Part shown: one piece after another, positions 62,185-64,000 of the stretch
Numbering within the stretch: the stretch's first letter is position 1
Layout: each line of letters begins with the position of its first letter
Assembly: GCA_905178155.1 (NCBI GenBank)
Contig: CAJINV010000001.1
Span: forward strand, 3,463,675-3,527,674
DNA length: 64,000 nucleotides
From: Amoebophrya sp. A120
Taxonomy: Eukaryota; Protista; Dinoflagellata
Direction: 5' to 3'
Program-made: the position numbers and the translations under genes
The notes under the pieces: model-generated
Databases searched by the model: none
What the model was told of the DNA's origin: nothing
The model's input: the letters and a program-made list of their open reading frames with translations, nothing else

Positions 62185-64000
62185 GCTCCGGCGTCAGCGG
62201 CTAACCGGGAATATCAGGGAGTGGAAAGGAGAGGCTCCGAACATGTGGTCTTCCAGGCTATCGCAGTTGATGGAACCTCCGCCGACGGCGTCTCGCGGAC
62301 GCGAAAGTGCCGGGCAAAGCCCCTTGTCACCCAACGCCTCTCGCCGTCTGCGGCGAAAGTCAGCACAGGGCGGGGCTACTCCTCGTGCCGGCGGAAGTTC
62401 TGCGAGCACCGGGTTAGTTGAGGGGCGACGTAGTGCCGCAGCGTCACCGGAAAATGGAGCCTCCGCGACGGCGGCTCAGAACGTGTCGTCTCTTCGGCAG
62501 CAATATGAGCCGGTGTGGACGGCGTTTTCCGAGTATGTGCAGAACTACTTCTCTAGTACTTCGAAGGCACGGCAGGACACTAACGGCGTAGGAGAAAAAT
62601 CCCAGGCAGTAACAGGAGAAGGCAACCGGGACTCCAAGGACAAAAACTATGTAGAGGTCGAAACGGAAAGGGAAACCGAAAGCGCAGAAGCACTGCAACG
62701 ACGGGTGGCCGAACTTGAAAGTATATATAATGTTCTTTCTCCTTCGTGTTTTCAGGAAGGAATTTAGTATGAGCTGCCAACTTGTTGACATGTATGTATA
62801 TGTTCTCACACAAAAGCTGCAAGGTTGTTGAAAGCAAGTAAATCTGACTCGTCTTCTTGCTCAAAAAAGGTGAGGTTGAGTTTCTCGGAGACACAGCCGG
62901 CGCGCTGCGGCGCACCATGGACGAAATTCATCGGGAAAAGGAAGAAATTGCGGATATCTGGGCCCGGGTGGACGAACTAATAACTGTGCGGCAGCTGCTG
63001 CCAGACCGGCCGGAATCGCCGCCACCGGACTCTCCGCGTTCGCCATGGTCCTGGGGCGGAGGGGCGAGAGCACCCTAGATATTGTAGTGGCGTCAAGATG
63101 GAGTGGATGCATCTGTCGGGAGCTCATCAACATGCGAAGAGACTTGAAAATGTGATGGCGTTCTTGGCCTGCTCACAACTTCCTGAATTTCGTGATTGGC
63201 AGTTGCATTTGCAATGATCCTAAGTAACAAGCTCGCCTTGACGTGGCAGATCAAGATCAAATTTAAAAAATTGAGTCATGATGTTCCCTTTTTGTCCTTG
63301 TAAGTTTTATCGGAGGTGAGTGTGATGAACATGAATCGCACCCGCAGCTCCTGTCATGATGGGGTTCGTTTTTCATTTTAGAACGAGCTCTTCTTCTTTG
63401 TTCCTGTTGGTTCGGATCCTAAAAATGTACTTGAGTGAGACCTGATCCTTGTTTCTCTGCGTAAAAAAGTCAGGTTTTTATTTGTCAAAAGGGAACGCTT
63501 GATCTTGATCTCCGTTGGCATTTGTTTTGATGTTTTGGCACGGCCCATTGTTCGGTTTTTCATTTTTTCGTGGCTGAGTTACTACATTTTCCGTCCCGGG
63601 AAGTCCGGATCGAAAATGACGTCTCCCAAGGAAGGACGTAAACTTGTCTCCTCTTCGCCCGCAGAGCGAAACATTACTCCGGTGTGTATGGAGAATGAGC
63701 CGGAATCTGGACACGCAGAGAACCTGGCGGAAACCATCCCCCGTGTGTTCAACACGAATTACCGAAACGAAATGCACGCCATTGAGCGCGCACGCTCCGG
63801 GTTGGGGATCGCAAACTTGAACAGCGTCGCCGCAACTGCAAACTCGTCTTCTCAGACATTGTCTGCCGCTTTCTCCACCGCGGCCCATAGAACAAACCCA
63901 ACGCCGCGCAACATGAAAGTGCCACTCCTCGAGCCCGAGGAGGAGCTGGAGGAAGGCGAGGACGAGGATGGTAATGCGGAAAGCGGTCTTTCCTGGCACG
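62185..64000 (+). CDS. Hypothetical coiled-coil protein, multi-exon, runs off the window
   Basis: Coding-like blocks 62185-62720, 62870-63075 and ~63590-64000; boundaries uncertain. Confidence 0.45.

Noticed and set aside
1-64000. Canonical dinoflagellate spliced-leader relic (CCGTAGCCATTTTGGCTCAAG) and rRNA genes
   Set aside because: Not seen by eye; a divergent leader could have been missed

Overview
Eukaryotic, intron-containing DNA with about 14 host genes, all on the + strand. Recognisable genes include a RING-H2 protein, a WD40-like protein, RBBP6/Mpe1-like, an auxin-efflux-carrier-family transporter, Rpn13, a giant multi-PDZ protein, a Cys-rich surface protein, eIF3j and a SAXO-like protein. 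Unidirectional gene order plus non-canonical, inverted-repeat introns suggest a syndinian dinoflagellate such as Amoebophrya (inference, not proven). Main signal: seven copies of a ~250-270 bp element with ~30 bp terminal inverted repeats (TATCAAATGYAAAAATGTCTGGGTCTGGAA) and 5-bp target duplications. All lie inside coding exons and they occur in both orientations. None has GT-AG ends, and removing the element plus one duplication restores the reading frame every time. One copy carries a nested Helentron/Helitron2-like insert. A young, full-length Ty1/copia element (43307-50219) has TA...CA LTRs, a half-tRNA primer site, a Q/N-rich Gag, one in-frame UGA-CUA between protease and integrase, and two D-to-N catalytic substitutions. 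Gene boundaries were inferred by eye.
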